Source of the DNA: a virus
Lineage: Duplodnaviria; Caudoviricetes
Virus record (IMG/VR): IMGVR_UViG_3300017754_002644
Location: 1-35,931 of that record
DNA: 35,931 nucleotides
Reading direction: 5' to 3' (one strand)
Positions 9,174 through 18,602 of the stretch are shown in pieces. Position 1 is the first letter of the stretch, and every line of letters starts with the position of its first letter. The translations under genes and the position numbers were made by a program. The notes below the pieces were generated by a model. The model saw nothing but the letters and a program-made list of their open reading frames with translations, made no database searches and was not told the origin of the DNA.

Positions 9174-10700
9174 ATGGCACGAATCCCCATCCTTCAAAGC
9201 CCTGCGCAAATCAACACGGGCAATCAGACGGCGCGAGTCGCACAGCTTCCAGCCGTCACAAATGCCGCACTCGGGCAGGCGATTGGAGGCGTGGCAACGG
9301 TGGCGTTTGACATCAGCGAGAGAACAAAGCGCGTGCAAGATGTGAAAAATCTCACGACTGCCAGCCTAAAAATGCAGGAGGCTCAGTCACAGTTTGCTAA
9401 GTTTCAGATGGATCAACCCGACGAATCGAAGTGGCTGCCAGAGTGGGAATCCATCAAGACTCGCGTTCAGTCTGAGATTGCCGAAATGCCGCTGACTCCA
9501 GACGCTCGCAATCAGGCAACGGAGCGTTTCGGCATGTGGTCAATCAGCGGAACAACCAACGTCCAAGCGCAAAGCCTCAAACAGGCCGGAAGGAATGCCG
9601 CGCTTTCGGTTGAGAATGCCATTCAGATTGGGCGGCAAACTGGCGACTTCACAGCGGCTCGAATGGCAGCAAGTGATTACAAGTCTAGTATCCCCATGTC
9701 TAATGAGGAAAGGCAGTCGATTGATTTACAGATTCAAGAGGCTGAGCGCCAGTTTGCGGCCGAAGACTTCAAGGTAAAAATCGGCATGGCCCGTGACCGT
9801 TTCGATGGATTAGCCATGATGGACGCCGTTATGGAAGCGGAGAAAAAGGGCGCGATTACTCCGCAGGAAGTTAGGGCTTTTGAAGATGAATCGAAGCGGC
9901 TTGAAGCTGTCGGCACGATCAAACAGATTGCCGATGTTGACCCCATCATTGCCAAGGCAAAAATCAAAGCTGGAGAGTTCCCAGAGCTAACGCCGCAGGA
10001 AAAGGCCAGCGTTGAATCATACGCAGAAGGCGTTCAGCGTGATTTTCAGAATCGCGAGCGCTCAGAGTTTGCTGATTTTATCGTGAACGGTGGCAACGCT
10101 GACGATTACAAATTTAAGTGGAACCTGTCAGACGCAGAACAGGCAGAGCTACGACTTGCGGCAAAACGTCCCGTGATCGTGACAGCTGAACAAGCGGCAG
10201 TTAAGCGGCTCGAAATGGAGGCTAAGGTTGGCAAATACAACATGGACGCCGATCCAGACAGAAAGCAGATGATTGCCATATCTGCCGAACTGGACGCGCT
10301 CAAAAACGCGGTGCCTTATGCCTTCTCCGATCTTGGCACGGCGTGGGCAAACAAGACAAAAGGCAAAGGGCCGTCTCTTGTGGAAATGGACATCGCCGAC
10401 CATGACGATTACGTTCAGAAGCTTTACAAGCCAAAGATGGACGCTCTTCTTGAAAAGAACGGCAGCATTTCCACAGGCAAGGAAGCCGAGTTTCGCAGAC
10501 TTCAAAGCGAAGCTACCGACCTAAAGAAAAAGTATCGCGCTCAAATCGGCGACAATCCAACGCCAGAGCAGGCTCGCAAGACTTCACAAAATATCCTCAC
10601 GCTACCAACGGCAGAAAACGTCACGTCCTATTTTGACATGCTGGACGCGAATCCAATTTTGCCAGCTATTAACGCGCAACCGCAACCACTGAACCCATGA
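9174..10700 (+). CDS. Internal virion/ejection protein (gp15-like)
   Basis: 'MARIP' start, 508 aa all-helical, lies between the gp14-like gene and the giant ORF. Confidence 0.65.
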   Translation: MARIPILQSPAQINTGNQTARVAQLPAVTNAALGQAIGGVATVAFDISERTKRVQDVKNLTTASLKMQEAQSQFAKFQMDQPDESKWLPEWESIKTRVQSEIAEMPLTPDARNQATERFGMWSISGTTNVQAQSLKQAGRNAALSVENAIQIGRQTGDFTAARMAASDYKSSIPMSNEERQSIDLQIQEAERQFAAEDFKVKIGMARDRFDGLAMMDAVMEAEKKGAITPQEVRAFEDESKRLEAVGTIKQIADVDPIIAKAKIKAGEFPELTPQEKASVESYAEGVQRDFQNRERSEFADFIVNGGNADDYKFKWNLSDAEQAELRLAAKRPVIVTAEQAAVKRLEMEAKVGKYNMDADPDRKQMIAISAELDALKNAVPYAFSDLGTAWANKTKGKGPSLVEMDIADHDDYVQKLYKPKMDALLEKNGSISTGKEAEFRRLQSEATDLKKKYRAQIGDNPTPEQARKTSQNILTLPTAENVTSYFDMLDANPILPAINAQPQPLNP

Positions 10701-13700
10701 CTCCAGAGCAGATTCAAGAGAGAGAAAACCGACTGAGGAAAGCTTTTATTGATCGTGACTTTGGAGAGGCTGGGGCATCATTAGATGACTCGGCTTTTGC
10801 TGGCGTTGAAGATCGCGGCAAGCTCCTAATGTCTGGCGCGGTTGCGGGCTGGGCCGGTTCCATGATGGGGCAGCGCGTCAATCCAGCGTCTCCAGACTGG
10901 CAGGGAATCAAAGACGGCATTGCTCGCGGCTACTTCAAAAACCGTGAGGCTTCCAATGTTTCCGACGAGGATCTTTTCAGCAAGATCGCGGAAGACTACA
11001 AAGCGCAGGACGCACTGGCGGAGGCTGCCAGGAACGCGGCAGCGCGCGGCGAGTCGTGGCTTGGCAAGTTCCGCGAAGTTGAGCAATCAATGCCAAACGT
11101 GGCAGGCGGGCGGCAAGTGCCTTTCCTTGGACTGGCAAAAGAGACGCATGATAAATTCCGTGAAAAGATTCTGCCCTATCAATCCACAATTCGGAGCGTG
11201 GCAGAAAAGGCGAAGGCCATCGAAACGTCAGCGGAAGGAATGGACTGGTCAGGCATGGCGCAGGAGCTGATTCAGGTTCCCAAGGAATCGCGGCCTTTTG
11301 TGCTCGAAGCTATTTCGCGGCAGGCTACGGCAAACGTTGACGCGAACGCTGCCGAGAGGCTTGGCAAAGAGTTTGCGCGTGGGTTCGAGCGCTTCCTAGA
11401 CACTGCAATGTCGGGCTCTTACAACGTGCTTGCTGCTGCTGGTCAGTATTCAGAAATCCCGCTAACTCCCGAGACTACACAAGAGATTGAGGCACGCAAA
11501 GCGCGTGAATCACAGGACGCTGATTTGATGGACCTACGCGATGACATCCGCGACATCTCCACAGGCAAGCTGGCAAAGCTCGATGACGTGCGCGTGCTAG
11601 GCATGAACATCTCTGGCGCGGTTCGTAACGTGCCTATGACGATTGGCGCATTCATTCCTTACGCTGGCCCTGCGGCACTACTTGGCAGTTTCCAGCGCGA
11701 GACGGCAAACGAGTTGCGCAGGAGCAATCCAACGATGAGCCGCGCCGATGTGGAGCAGATTGCAACGCTCTCCGCGCCATTTCAGGCGGTGACTGAGGTT
11801 GTTTCGGATCGTCTGCTATTTGGTAGGCTTCCCAATCTGAAAAAGCTGTTCACTGCTCCCGTCTTTTCCGCCGGCGGGATTGCTGCGCAGTTCGCAGGCA
11901 GGACGGCAATCGGCACGACTACGGAGGTCACTGAGGAGCTAGCGCAAGGCGTGATTCCTCGCTTGGTTCAATCGCTTAAATCAGACGTGCCAGACGTTGA
12001 CTGGGACGGCTATTTCCAAGACTTCAAAGACCAGTCTCCCGAACTTCTGGCCACCATTCTTCCGATGGCGCTTTTTGGCGCAGGCGTGGGGCAAGTGTCG
12101 GATTATCGTGCATCCGTCCAGATGCTTAGAAATCCCGATGAGATGATGGCGGCAAAGATTCCAGAAGCGGAGGCTCGCAAGATCGCGGAGCTATCCGCGG
12201 CTGGAAAGATGCCCGAGGCCGAGTCGATGTTTCGGCAGGAGTTCAGAAAGGCTGCCACTAAAGGCGAGGCTCCGGCAGAAATGCGGGCGGCGGCACAGCG
12301 CGTCATTGCTGCAAATCAGGCACAGCGGCAGGTTGAAGAGGCAAACAACAAAGAAGCCTCACAAATTGGCGTTCGTGTGTTTCGTGACACTCAAGGCTGG
12401 AAGGTTGAAACGGCAGGTGGAAACGTGATTAATGCGGACTCGGCAGAAGCTGCTAGGCGCATTCGTGACGACATCCGCACGGCATCGACTGAATACGAGG
12501 CTGAGACGATGACAGCGCTTGTTGACGACATGGTTGCTCTACAGCCTCAGATGCGTGTGGAACTTCGTTCAGAGGTGGCGACGGCGACAAGTGAAGGAAT
12601 TGAGTTCACCGATCCAGTCACAGGAAAGACAACCAAAATCGGCGATGCCAAGAGCTTTCAAAACCTGCGAGACCAAGCGGAAGCTATCGGCGGCAATCAA
12701 ATTGAGTCTGCGCGTTTGATCCTTGGAGACAACTATTTAGAGTTTGGCGAAGGAATTGCCCGTGTTTTCCGGCGTTCTCGCGGGCCTGAGGCTGTGCCGC
12801 AAGCGATTACGGCAGCGCATGAAGTCATCGAAAGTTCGTTCCGGCGCGGGCTGCTGGCTGGGCAATGGACAGAAAATGATGCACGCAACGCTATCGGCTC
12901 GCTTCTTCCGGCGCTTGAATCCGGCATAATGAGGCTTGGCGCAAAGGCTACGGCTGAAGAAAAGCTCTGGCTTGATAATGCAAAGCGTGCCGTCGCTGAA
13001 GGCGATTCTAATCTTGTCCGTGAAGTCATCTCAGAAATGGGCGTTCGCACTTGGATAGGCCGCGACAGAGACGGCAACAAGACAGGCCTTCGACCCGGCA
13101 CGATTCTTCGCGCTCTTGACGCTGCGATTCTCCAAGAGAAATCACCCGAGAATGTGACTACATATCAGCGCTTGCGTGCATGGTTCAAAGCCGTTGGCGC
13201 ATACCTGAAGGGCGTCGTGGCAACTGCTAAAATCATCAGAGACGCAGAGCGAAACGGCACGATTGACGACTTCAGCGGCTTCCTAGACAAAGTGCTAGGA
13301 CTTCAAGAGGCGACACGGGAAGAGTCGGAGGTTAAGCAGGAAGTGCAGAACATGGCGTTTTCACTGGCTCCTGAAATGCAGTCACGCGCACAGCCTCAAA
13401 CAATCGCGCCAGTCGTGGAGATGCCAGACGGCGCTCGTCTTGTTGGGCCTTCTACGTTCTCAATTACTGCCTACCACGGCACGCCGCACAAGGTGGACAA
13501 GTTCAGCATGGCCAAGATTGGCACAGGCGAAGGCGTGCAGGCTTATGGCTGGGGACTTTATTTTGCGGCGGCGCGTATGGTGGCTCTTGATTACAAGAAC
13601 AAGCTCGGCAAGTCGCCCTCTCAACTACGAGCAGCCAAAATAAGCGTTCAATCATGGGAACGCGAGGTAGATGTAAATCCTTCACAGGCCAATAAAGACC

Positions 13701-16700
13701 AACTTCGCATGGCTAAGGCCGCCCTAGCAGAGATGGAAGCCAAACAAGGCAACCTCTACACCGTCGAACTGCTGCCGGATGAGGACGAGTTCCTCGATTG
13801 GGACAAGCCGCTGAGCGAGCAGAGTGAGAAGGTGAAGTCGGCGTTGGCTGACTTTGCTCCAAACCTAAATCAAACTGGCGGCGACTGGTATCAGTCTAAT
13901 CAATCCATCACTTCCCCAAATCCGAAAGAGACATCTGAATGGCTCGCCTCCCTCGGCATCCCCGGCATCAAATACCTTGACGCTGGCAGTCGTGGCGCTG
14001 GCGACGGCACGAGCAACTACGTCATCTTCGATGAGTCGCTTGTGAAGATCCTTGAAGAGAACGGCAAGCCCGTTGGCTCGACTTTCTCCCTAGCTCCTGC
14101 GTTAAATCCAGATGAATACGCAGTCCAAGCGTTTCACGGCACTGATTCCAAAAAGTTTAATCAATTCGACATTCTCAAGTTGGGCAAAGGCTCAGGCAAT
14201 GAGGGATTGTTCTCTGCTGGCTTTTACTTCTCGCCAAACGAGGGAGACGCTAAAGGTTATGGCAAGCATCTTGTTTCGGTTGGTTTAAAGGTTAAGCGCC
14301 CGCTTGTGGTGCCCGACTCTTTCCCGGTTATGATGCGCGGAGATGATAGCGCCGAGTATTGGGAAGGGTTCAACAATCAGATGCGCGAAGCTTTGCGTTC
14401 TGTTTTTGAGGCCAACGGATTTAATGACGTGGCGCGAATTAACCGCGTCAAAATGGATGAGTCATTCATTGGCAGTTTTACCCGTTCGTATGAAGCGCTT
14501 ACCGGGATGAATTTGTCACCATCGAAAGCTGCCGAGGTTTCCGCGACGCTGATTCAACGCGCTGGATTCGATGCGGTTTACGCAAAGGACATGGACGAAA
14601 CGACTGAAATTGTCATTTATGATCCAGCCAATATCCTGATTAAAAATTGGAACGGCAAAAAGATGGGCTCAACGTTCAGCCTATCCCCACAATCCGGCAT
14701 CGACATCGTAAGCGATACGCTGGAAAGCTGGCAGGATGTCTTTGACAAGGCGGCAAAACGCAATCCTGCGCGGGCAATGGCAATCCGTGACCTTGCTCAG
14801 CAGCGGATAAATAGGCTCGGTGAAATGTGGGCCGCTGACAGGTGGACGGCTAAGGGCGACAAGATCCGCGCAGTTGTAGAGAAACGCACGAAAGCGAGCC
14901 TAGACACAGAGCAAAGCTTCCGCGAGACGCTTGAACTTGACGCTATCCTTGCGGAAAAAGGGATGACTACGGAAGAAGCGCAGCGCTCCAAAGATTCCAA
15001 GGATTACGAGGCGTGGCAGCGCTTCCAAGAATCTAAGGCTCTCATCTTGAGCAAGGGCGAATTCACGGAAGAAGAGGCTAACAAGATGGCCGAGTTTTCA
15101 TCTTCTGCATGGCGCAAGAATTTTGTCTCCACCGTCCGTGATGCGGTTAAAGAAGCAAAGGCCCGCGTTGCTCCATGGCGCGAGGAAGCCGACGACATGC
15201 AAGCCGATGATTGGAGTCCTCGCGAATCCCTCGTTCGTGACATGCGCGTTCTCAACGTAGCGCTCTCGGCATTCCCTCCTGAAGTTCGTGCTAAGGTCAC
15301 GGGCGGCAGCATGGTGAAACTGGCAGGGCTGGCAACTGAACGCGCTCGTTATAAAGCCATTCAAACGGCTTTAGAAAAGGCCATCGTGGAAACTGAGCGC
15401 TTCATGCGCAAGGAATACACTGAGCAGATTGACGATTTGCTCGACACCTACCGATCACAAAAGGATTCAAGCGGGCGCATCTCCGGCAAGCTGCCGTCTC
15501 AATACACGGAGCTTGTGGACTACGCTTACCGCATCCGTGAGATGGACATAGAAGCGCAGGCAACCGAGGGCGACGGGCTAGAGAAGTCTTTGGAGAAATC
15601 CGAGTCTGACGAGGAAACACAGCGCATTCTCACAAAGATGGGCATCCTTCGCCTTTTCGAGACGTGGGACACCAAAGACAGCACAGCGATGGCGGCGGCT
15701 AGCGAGTGGCTATCTGACACCATCGAAAGCGGCAAGCTGGGCCGGAAGCTCCTGGATGAAGATCGAAAGGCGATGCTTGATGACTTCCGCGCCACTGCCA
15801 AAAAGGATGCAGTTCCAGAGGGCAAGATTAGCAAGGTGGACGTGGACAACGAGACGAATCAGATTCGTTTCAAAGTGTTCCGTCGCGCATGGCAGGGGCT
15901 TAACGGGATGCTTGATTCAGCCATCCACACTCTGGGCCAGCGGCTTGAATTGGTATTCGGTGAGGATTCCAAGATCACCGACCACTTCATCACGTCATTC
16001 ATTCGCGCTGCCAACGAATCAAACGACATCAAGCGCGGCGTCAATGCCAAGTATCACGACATGCTTTCAGTCGTGTTTAACTCGCGTTCACGGCTGGCAC
16101 ACGCTCGCGGCATTGGGCAGATGCAGAAGGTCAAAGCCTCCGGCATTATGATCACTGAGGGCCGCAAGGTAAAGGAAGTAAAGCTGGACATCGAGACGCT
16201 AACCAAGCTGGCAGACGGTGACATGACAGCGGAGGCCGCTGGACTCCGACAAGATCAGGTTGACGCCGCTCTCGAAGAATGGGCTGCATCCGAACGCAAG
16301 CGCACTGTCACGGTTGAAGTCGTGGAGAACGCAGGCGAGCAGAAAGAGCGTCAGATGACAGAACTGCAAGGCGTCCAGTGGTGGCTATGGAGCCGCCAGG
16401 ATGCCAGCCGTAAACAGATGGAGCGCGACGGATGGACAGAAGAGAGCTTCAAGCAACTCGACGCCTTCCTATCGCCAGAGGCTAAAGCCCTGGGTGAATG
16501 GATTGCCAAAGGCTACGACGACGCAGCACGTTTGATTGATCCGGTTTATCGTCGTCTCTTCAATGCTCCGCTGCCACGCGTGAAAAACTACGCGCCAATC
16601 TATCGCAACCGCTCCGGCGATGCTTCCGTGATGGATCTGGACGCCTCCGACATTTCAAGCGGACTGGCGGCAGGCTTTACAAAGTCCCGCGTGAATACTG

Positions 16701-18025
16701 TTTCACCTCTGGCTGAAATGGACGCTGTGACGGTGATGCTTACCCATTGGGAAAACGTGGCGCATTGGGTGACTCATGCGGAGGCTGTGAGAGACGCTAA
16801 AGCCGTTCTCTTGGATCGCGACGTAATGACCGCCATTAAGCAGTCATCTGGCAACGTGTCGGCCAACTCTATCAAGCAACGCATCGCGGCCATTGAGTCG
16901 CAGGGGACAAATGCAGCACGCGAGCTCGTTGACCTATCGCGCATGTGGAGATGGATCATGCAATACCGGGCATTTAAGGGGCTAGCGTTCCGTATGTCTC
17001 CGGTTATCAAGCAGACTCCGGCGCTACTCAATCCGCTACTTGCTGACGTTCCGGCGCATTCCTACACAATGGGCCTAGCAAGGGCGTTTTATGATCCCGC
17101 AGCGTTTGGCCGCGATGTCGCAGAAATGTTCAAATCTGACACCATTATGCGACGCATTGAAGGCGGTTTCTCTGCTGAGGCTAGAATTGCCATGCAGGGT
17201 GAAGGCGCGGTTGGCTCCGTGTCGCTAGCTTGGATGCAGCGCGGCATGATGCCGATGGCTTGGACTGATGCAGGATGGACAGCTTTAGGCGCTGCCGTGT
17301 CATTTGACTACTACAAGCGCGGCTACATCTCGGAAGGGATGAATGAAGCCATGGCAAACGCAGCCGCAACCAAGCGACTGGAAAAGATGATTGCCGTTTC
17401 TGCGCAGCCTTCCGACATCGTGAACCGTTCACTTGTGGAGGCATCATCCAACAACTTCATGCGCTCGCTTTGGATGTTTGCCAGTGACCAAAGAAAGGCG
17501 CTTGGCATCGAAGTAACGGCTCTGAAAAAGCTTTTGTCCGGCAAGTCCAAAAACAAGGCGATGGACGTGCAGCGCATCATTGTTGCTCACGTAGCGCAAG
17601 CCGCAATGTCCCAGCTTATGGCGTCTTGGATGGCCTCGCTTATCGGTGACGACGACGACAAAGATCGTGAATGGAGCCGCGAACAGTGGACTCTTTCGCT
17701 GGCTCTTGGCCCGATCAACGGGTTATTCGTGTTTGGCCGACTTATTGATATGGCGGGTCGTCGCATCCTTGGGCTGCGAATTTTCCCCGGTGGCAATCTT
17801 GTCGAAAAAGCCGCTGACGATCTTGTTCGCGGCGGAAAATCAATGGACGAGCTTTTTAATCCTGACGATCCAGAGGATTTTATTAATGCCCTTGATGCGC
17901 TGGCCGTTGGAGCTTCCGGTGTTATGACTCTTGGCATTGGCCCTCAAGCTGGAGTTGTCGATGTGACGGCTAACTTAGTCCGTGAAGGTAACAAGATCAT
18001 CAAGGCGGCGACTGAGGAGGAGTAA
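10697..18025 (+). CDS. Giant ejection protein (gp16 position) / large polyvalent protein with two ART-like domains and a degenerate metallopeptidase-like motif
   Basis: 2442 aa. Domains 'AYHGT..IGTGEG..YGWGLYF..NYVIFD' and 'AFHGT..GFYFS..GFDAVY..EIVIYDP'; 'AHEVIE' at 12815-12832; repeated (S/A)TFSL linkers. Confidence 0.8.
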   Translation: MTPEQIQERENRLRKAFIDRDFGEAGASLDDSAFAGVEDRGKLLMSGAVAGWAGSMMGQRVNPASPDWQGIKDGIARGYFKNREASNVSDEDLFSKIAEDYKAQDALAEAARNAAARGESWLGKFREVEQSMPNVAGGRQVPFLGLAKETHDKFREKILPYQSTIRSVAEKAKAIETSAEGMDWSGMAQELIQVPKESRPFVLEAISRQATANVDANAAERLGKEFARGFERFLDTAMSGSYNVLAAAGQYSEIPLTPETTQEIEARKARESQDADLMDLRDDIRDISTGKLAKLDDVRVLGMNISGAVRNVPMTIGAFIPYAGPAALLGSFQRETANELRRSNPTMSRADVEQIATLSAPFQAVTEVVSDRLLFGRLPNLKKLFTAPVFSAGGIAAQFAGRTAIGTTTEVTEELAQGVIPRLVQSLKSDVPDVDWDGYFQDFKDQSPELLATILPMALFGAGVGQVSDYRASVQMLRNPDEMMAAKIPEAEARKIAELSAAGKMPEAESMFRQEFRKAATKGEAPAEMRAAAQRVIAANQAQRQVEEANNKEASQIGVRVFRDTQGWKVETAGGNVINADSAEAARRIRDDIRTASTEYEAETMTALVDDMVALQPQMRVELRSEVATATSEGIEFTDPVTGKTTKIGDAKSFQNLRDQAEAIGGNQIESARLILGDNYLEFGEGIARVFRRSRGPEAVPQAITAAHEVIESSFRRGLLAGQWTENDARNAIGSLLPALESGIMRLGAKATAEEKLWLDNAKRAVAEGDSNLVREVISEMGVRTWIGRDRDGNKTGLRPGTILRALDAAILQEKSPENVTTYQRLRAWFKAVGAYLKGVVATAKIIRDAERNGTIDDFSGFLDKVLGLQEATREESEVKQEVQNMAFSLAPEMQSRAQPQTIAPVVEMPDGARLVGPSTFSITAYHGTPHKVDKFSMAKIGTGEGVQAYGWGLYFAAARMVALDYKNKLGKSPSQLRAAKISVQSWEREVDVNPSQANKDQLRMAKAALAEMEAKQGNLYTVELLPDEDEFLDWDKPLSEQSEKVKSALADFAPNLNQTGGDWYQSNQSITSPNPKETSEWLASLGIPGIKYLDAGSRGAGDGTSNYVIFDESLVKILEENGKPVGSTFSLAPALNPDEYAVQAFHGTDSKKFNQFDILKLGKGSGNEGLFSAGFYFSPNEGDAKGYGKHLVSVGLKVKRPLVVPDSFPVMMRGDDSAEYWEGFNNQMREALRSVFEANGFNDVARINRVKMDESFIGSFTRSYEALTGMNLSPSKAAEVSATLIQRAGFDAVYAKDMDETTEIVIYDPANILIKNWNGKKMGSTFSLSPQSGIDIVSDTLESWQDVFDKAAKRNPARAMAIRDLAQQRINRLGEMWAADRWTAKGDKIRAVVEKRTKASLDTEQSFRETLELDAILAEKGMTTEEAQRSKDSKDYEAWQRFQESKALILSKGEFTEEEANKMAEFSSSAWRKNFVSTVRDAVKEAKARVAPWREEADDMQADDWSPRESLVRDMRVLNVALSAFPPEVRAKVTGGSMVKLAGLATERARYKAIQTALEKAIVETERFMRKEYTEQIDDLLDTYRSQKDSSGRISGKLPSQYTELVDYAYRIREMDIEAQATEGDGLEKSLEKSESDEETQRILTKMGILRLFETWDTKDSTAMAAASEWLSDTIESGKLGRKLLDEDRKAMLDDFRATAKKDAVPEGKISKVDVDNETNQIRFKVFRRAWQGLNGMLDSAIHTLGQRLELVFGEDSKITDHFITSFIRAANESNDIKRGVNAKYHDMLSVVFNSRSRLAHARGIGQMQKVKASGIMITEGRKVKEVKLDIETLTKLADGDMTAEAAGLRQDQVDAALEEWAASERKRTVTVEVVENAGEQKERQMTELQGVQWWLWSRQDASRKQMERDGWTEESFKQLDAFLSPEAKALGEWIAKGYDDAARLIDPVYRRLFNAPLPRVKNYAPIYRNRSGDASVMDLDASDISSGLAAGFTKSRVNTVSPLAEMDAVTVMLTHWENVAHWVTHAEAVRDAKAVLLDRDVMTAIKQSSGNVSANSIKQRIAAIESQGTNAARELVDLSRMWRWIMQYRAFKGLAFRMSPVIKQTPALLNPLLADVPAHSYTMGLARAFYDPAAFGRDVAEMFKSDTIMRRIEGGFSAEARIAMQGEGAVGSVSLAWMQRGMMPMAWTDAGWTALGAAVSFDYYKRGYISEGMNEAMANAAATKRLEKMIAVSAQPSDIVNRSLVEASSNNFMRSLWMFASDQRKALGIEVTALKKLLSGKSKNKAMDVQRIIVAHVAQAAMSQLMASWMASLIGDDDDKDREWSREQWTLSLALGPINGLFVFGRLIDMAGRRILGLRIFPGGNLVEKAADDLVRGGKSMDELFNPDDPEDFINALDALAVGASGVMTLGIGPQAGVVDVTANLVREGNKIIKAATEEE

Positions 18026-18029
18026 TTAT

Positions 18030-18392
18030 TCAGAGGGCTTGAGCGGTTTCATTAGAGCATAGCAATCCCGTTGCCGGTAACTGCTAAGCGTAGATTATTC
18101 GTCGGGAATCGGGAACACCTTCGCACTCTTGAGTCTTCCCGCTCGGCTGTCTCAGTAAACACGGGTCAAACGATTCAAGGGCAACCCATCCTTTCGGATG
18201 CGACTTTTGCACGGCTGATTCTGCTTCCACCGTGCGCCGAATCCTTCGCTAGCCCGAGTTGCCCGCGCAGGGACTCTACCAGCATTTCAGCCCGAAGGAG
18301 CGGACCAACAAAAAGACCGACTCGGGCAAGGAGTCGGTCTTAGTGCGGTTCATCGCGTTTCGGACGGATCAACGCCTTGCCCGCGTGAACCT
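18030..18392 (-). ncRNA. Putative structured non-coding RNA: kissing-loop attenuator (18310-18392) followed by a ~260-nt multi-stem domain (18030-18295)
   Basis: Minus strand shows GAAA and GCAA GNRA tetraloops, several stems with G-U pairs, and an 11-bp terminator whose loop is complementary to an upstream hairpin loop. No convincing long ORF. Confidence 0.65.
18310..18341 (-). terminator. Rho-independent terminator within the RNA element
   Basis: Minus strand AAGACCGACTC-CTTGCCC-GAGTCGGTCTT-TTT. Confidence 0.75.
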
Positions 18393-18440
18393 AATTGTTC
18401 TGTATCCTCCGCTATGCCGCAGAGGTTGCAAGGGGAATTT

Positions 18441-18602
18441 TCATCCGTGCGGGAGTTCTGAGAAGTTGCAGCCGAGTTGGTGGCAGAAAGCGAAATCATT
18501 GACAGTTTCGCGCTCACGCAATGATGCCTGTGCAACATCTACAAAAGCAACTGACAAATCATCGGGCGCTATTGGCTCGTAGTCTGCGGCGTCGATGGTC
18601 AT
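18441..18602 (-). CDS. Small hypothetical protein (53 aa, MTIDAADYEPIAPDD...), below the ORF-track cutoff
   Basis: ATG overlaps the stop of the 18599-18988 gene (ATGA); open to TGA at 18441. Confidence 0.5.
   Translation of the reverse strand: MTIDAADYEPIAPDDLSVAFVDVAQASLRERETVNDFAFCHQLGCNFSELPHG

Noticed and set aside
18030-18295. Group I intron (AAUGCUGG and AAUCAGC resemble the P and Q elements)
   Set aside because: No convincing P7 (R/S) pairing and no interrupted exon on either side; kept only as an unassigned structured RNA.
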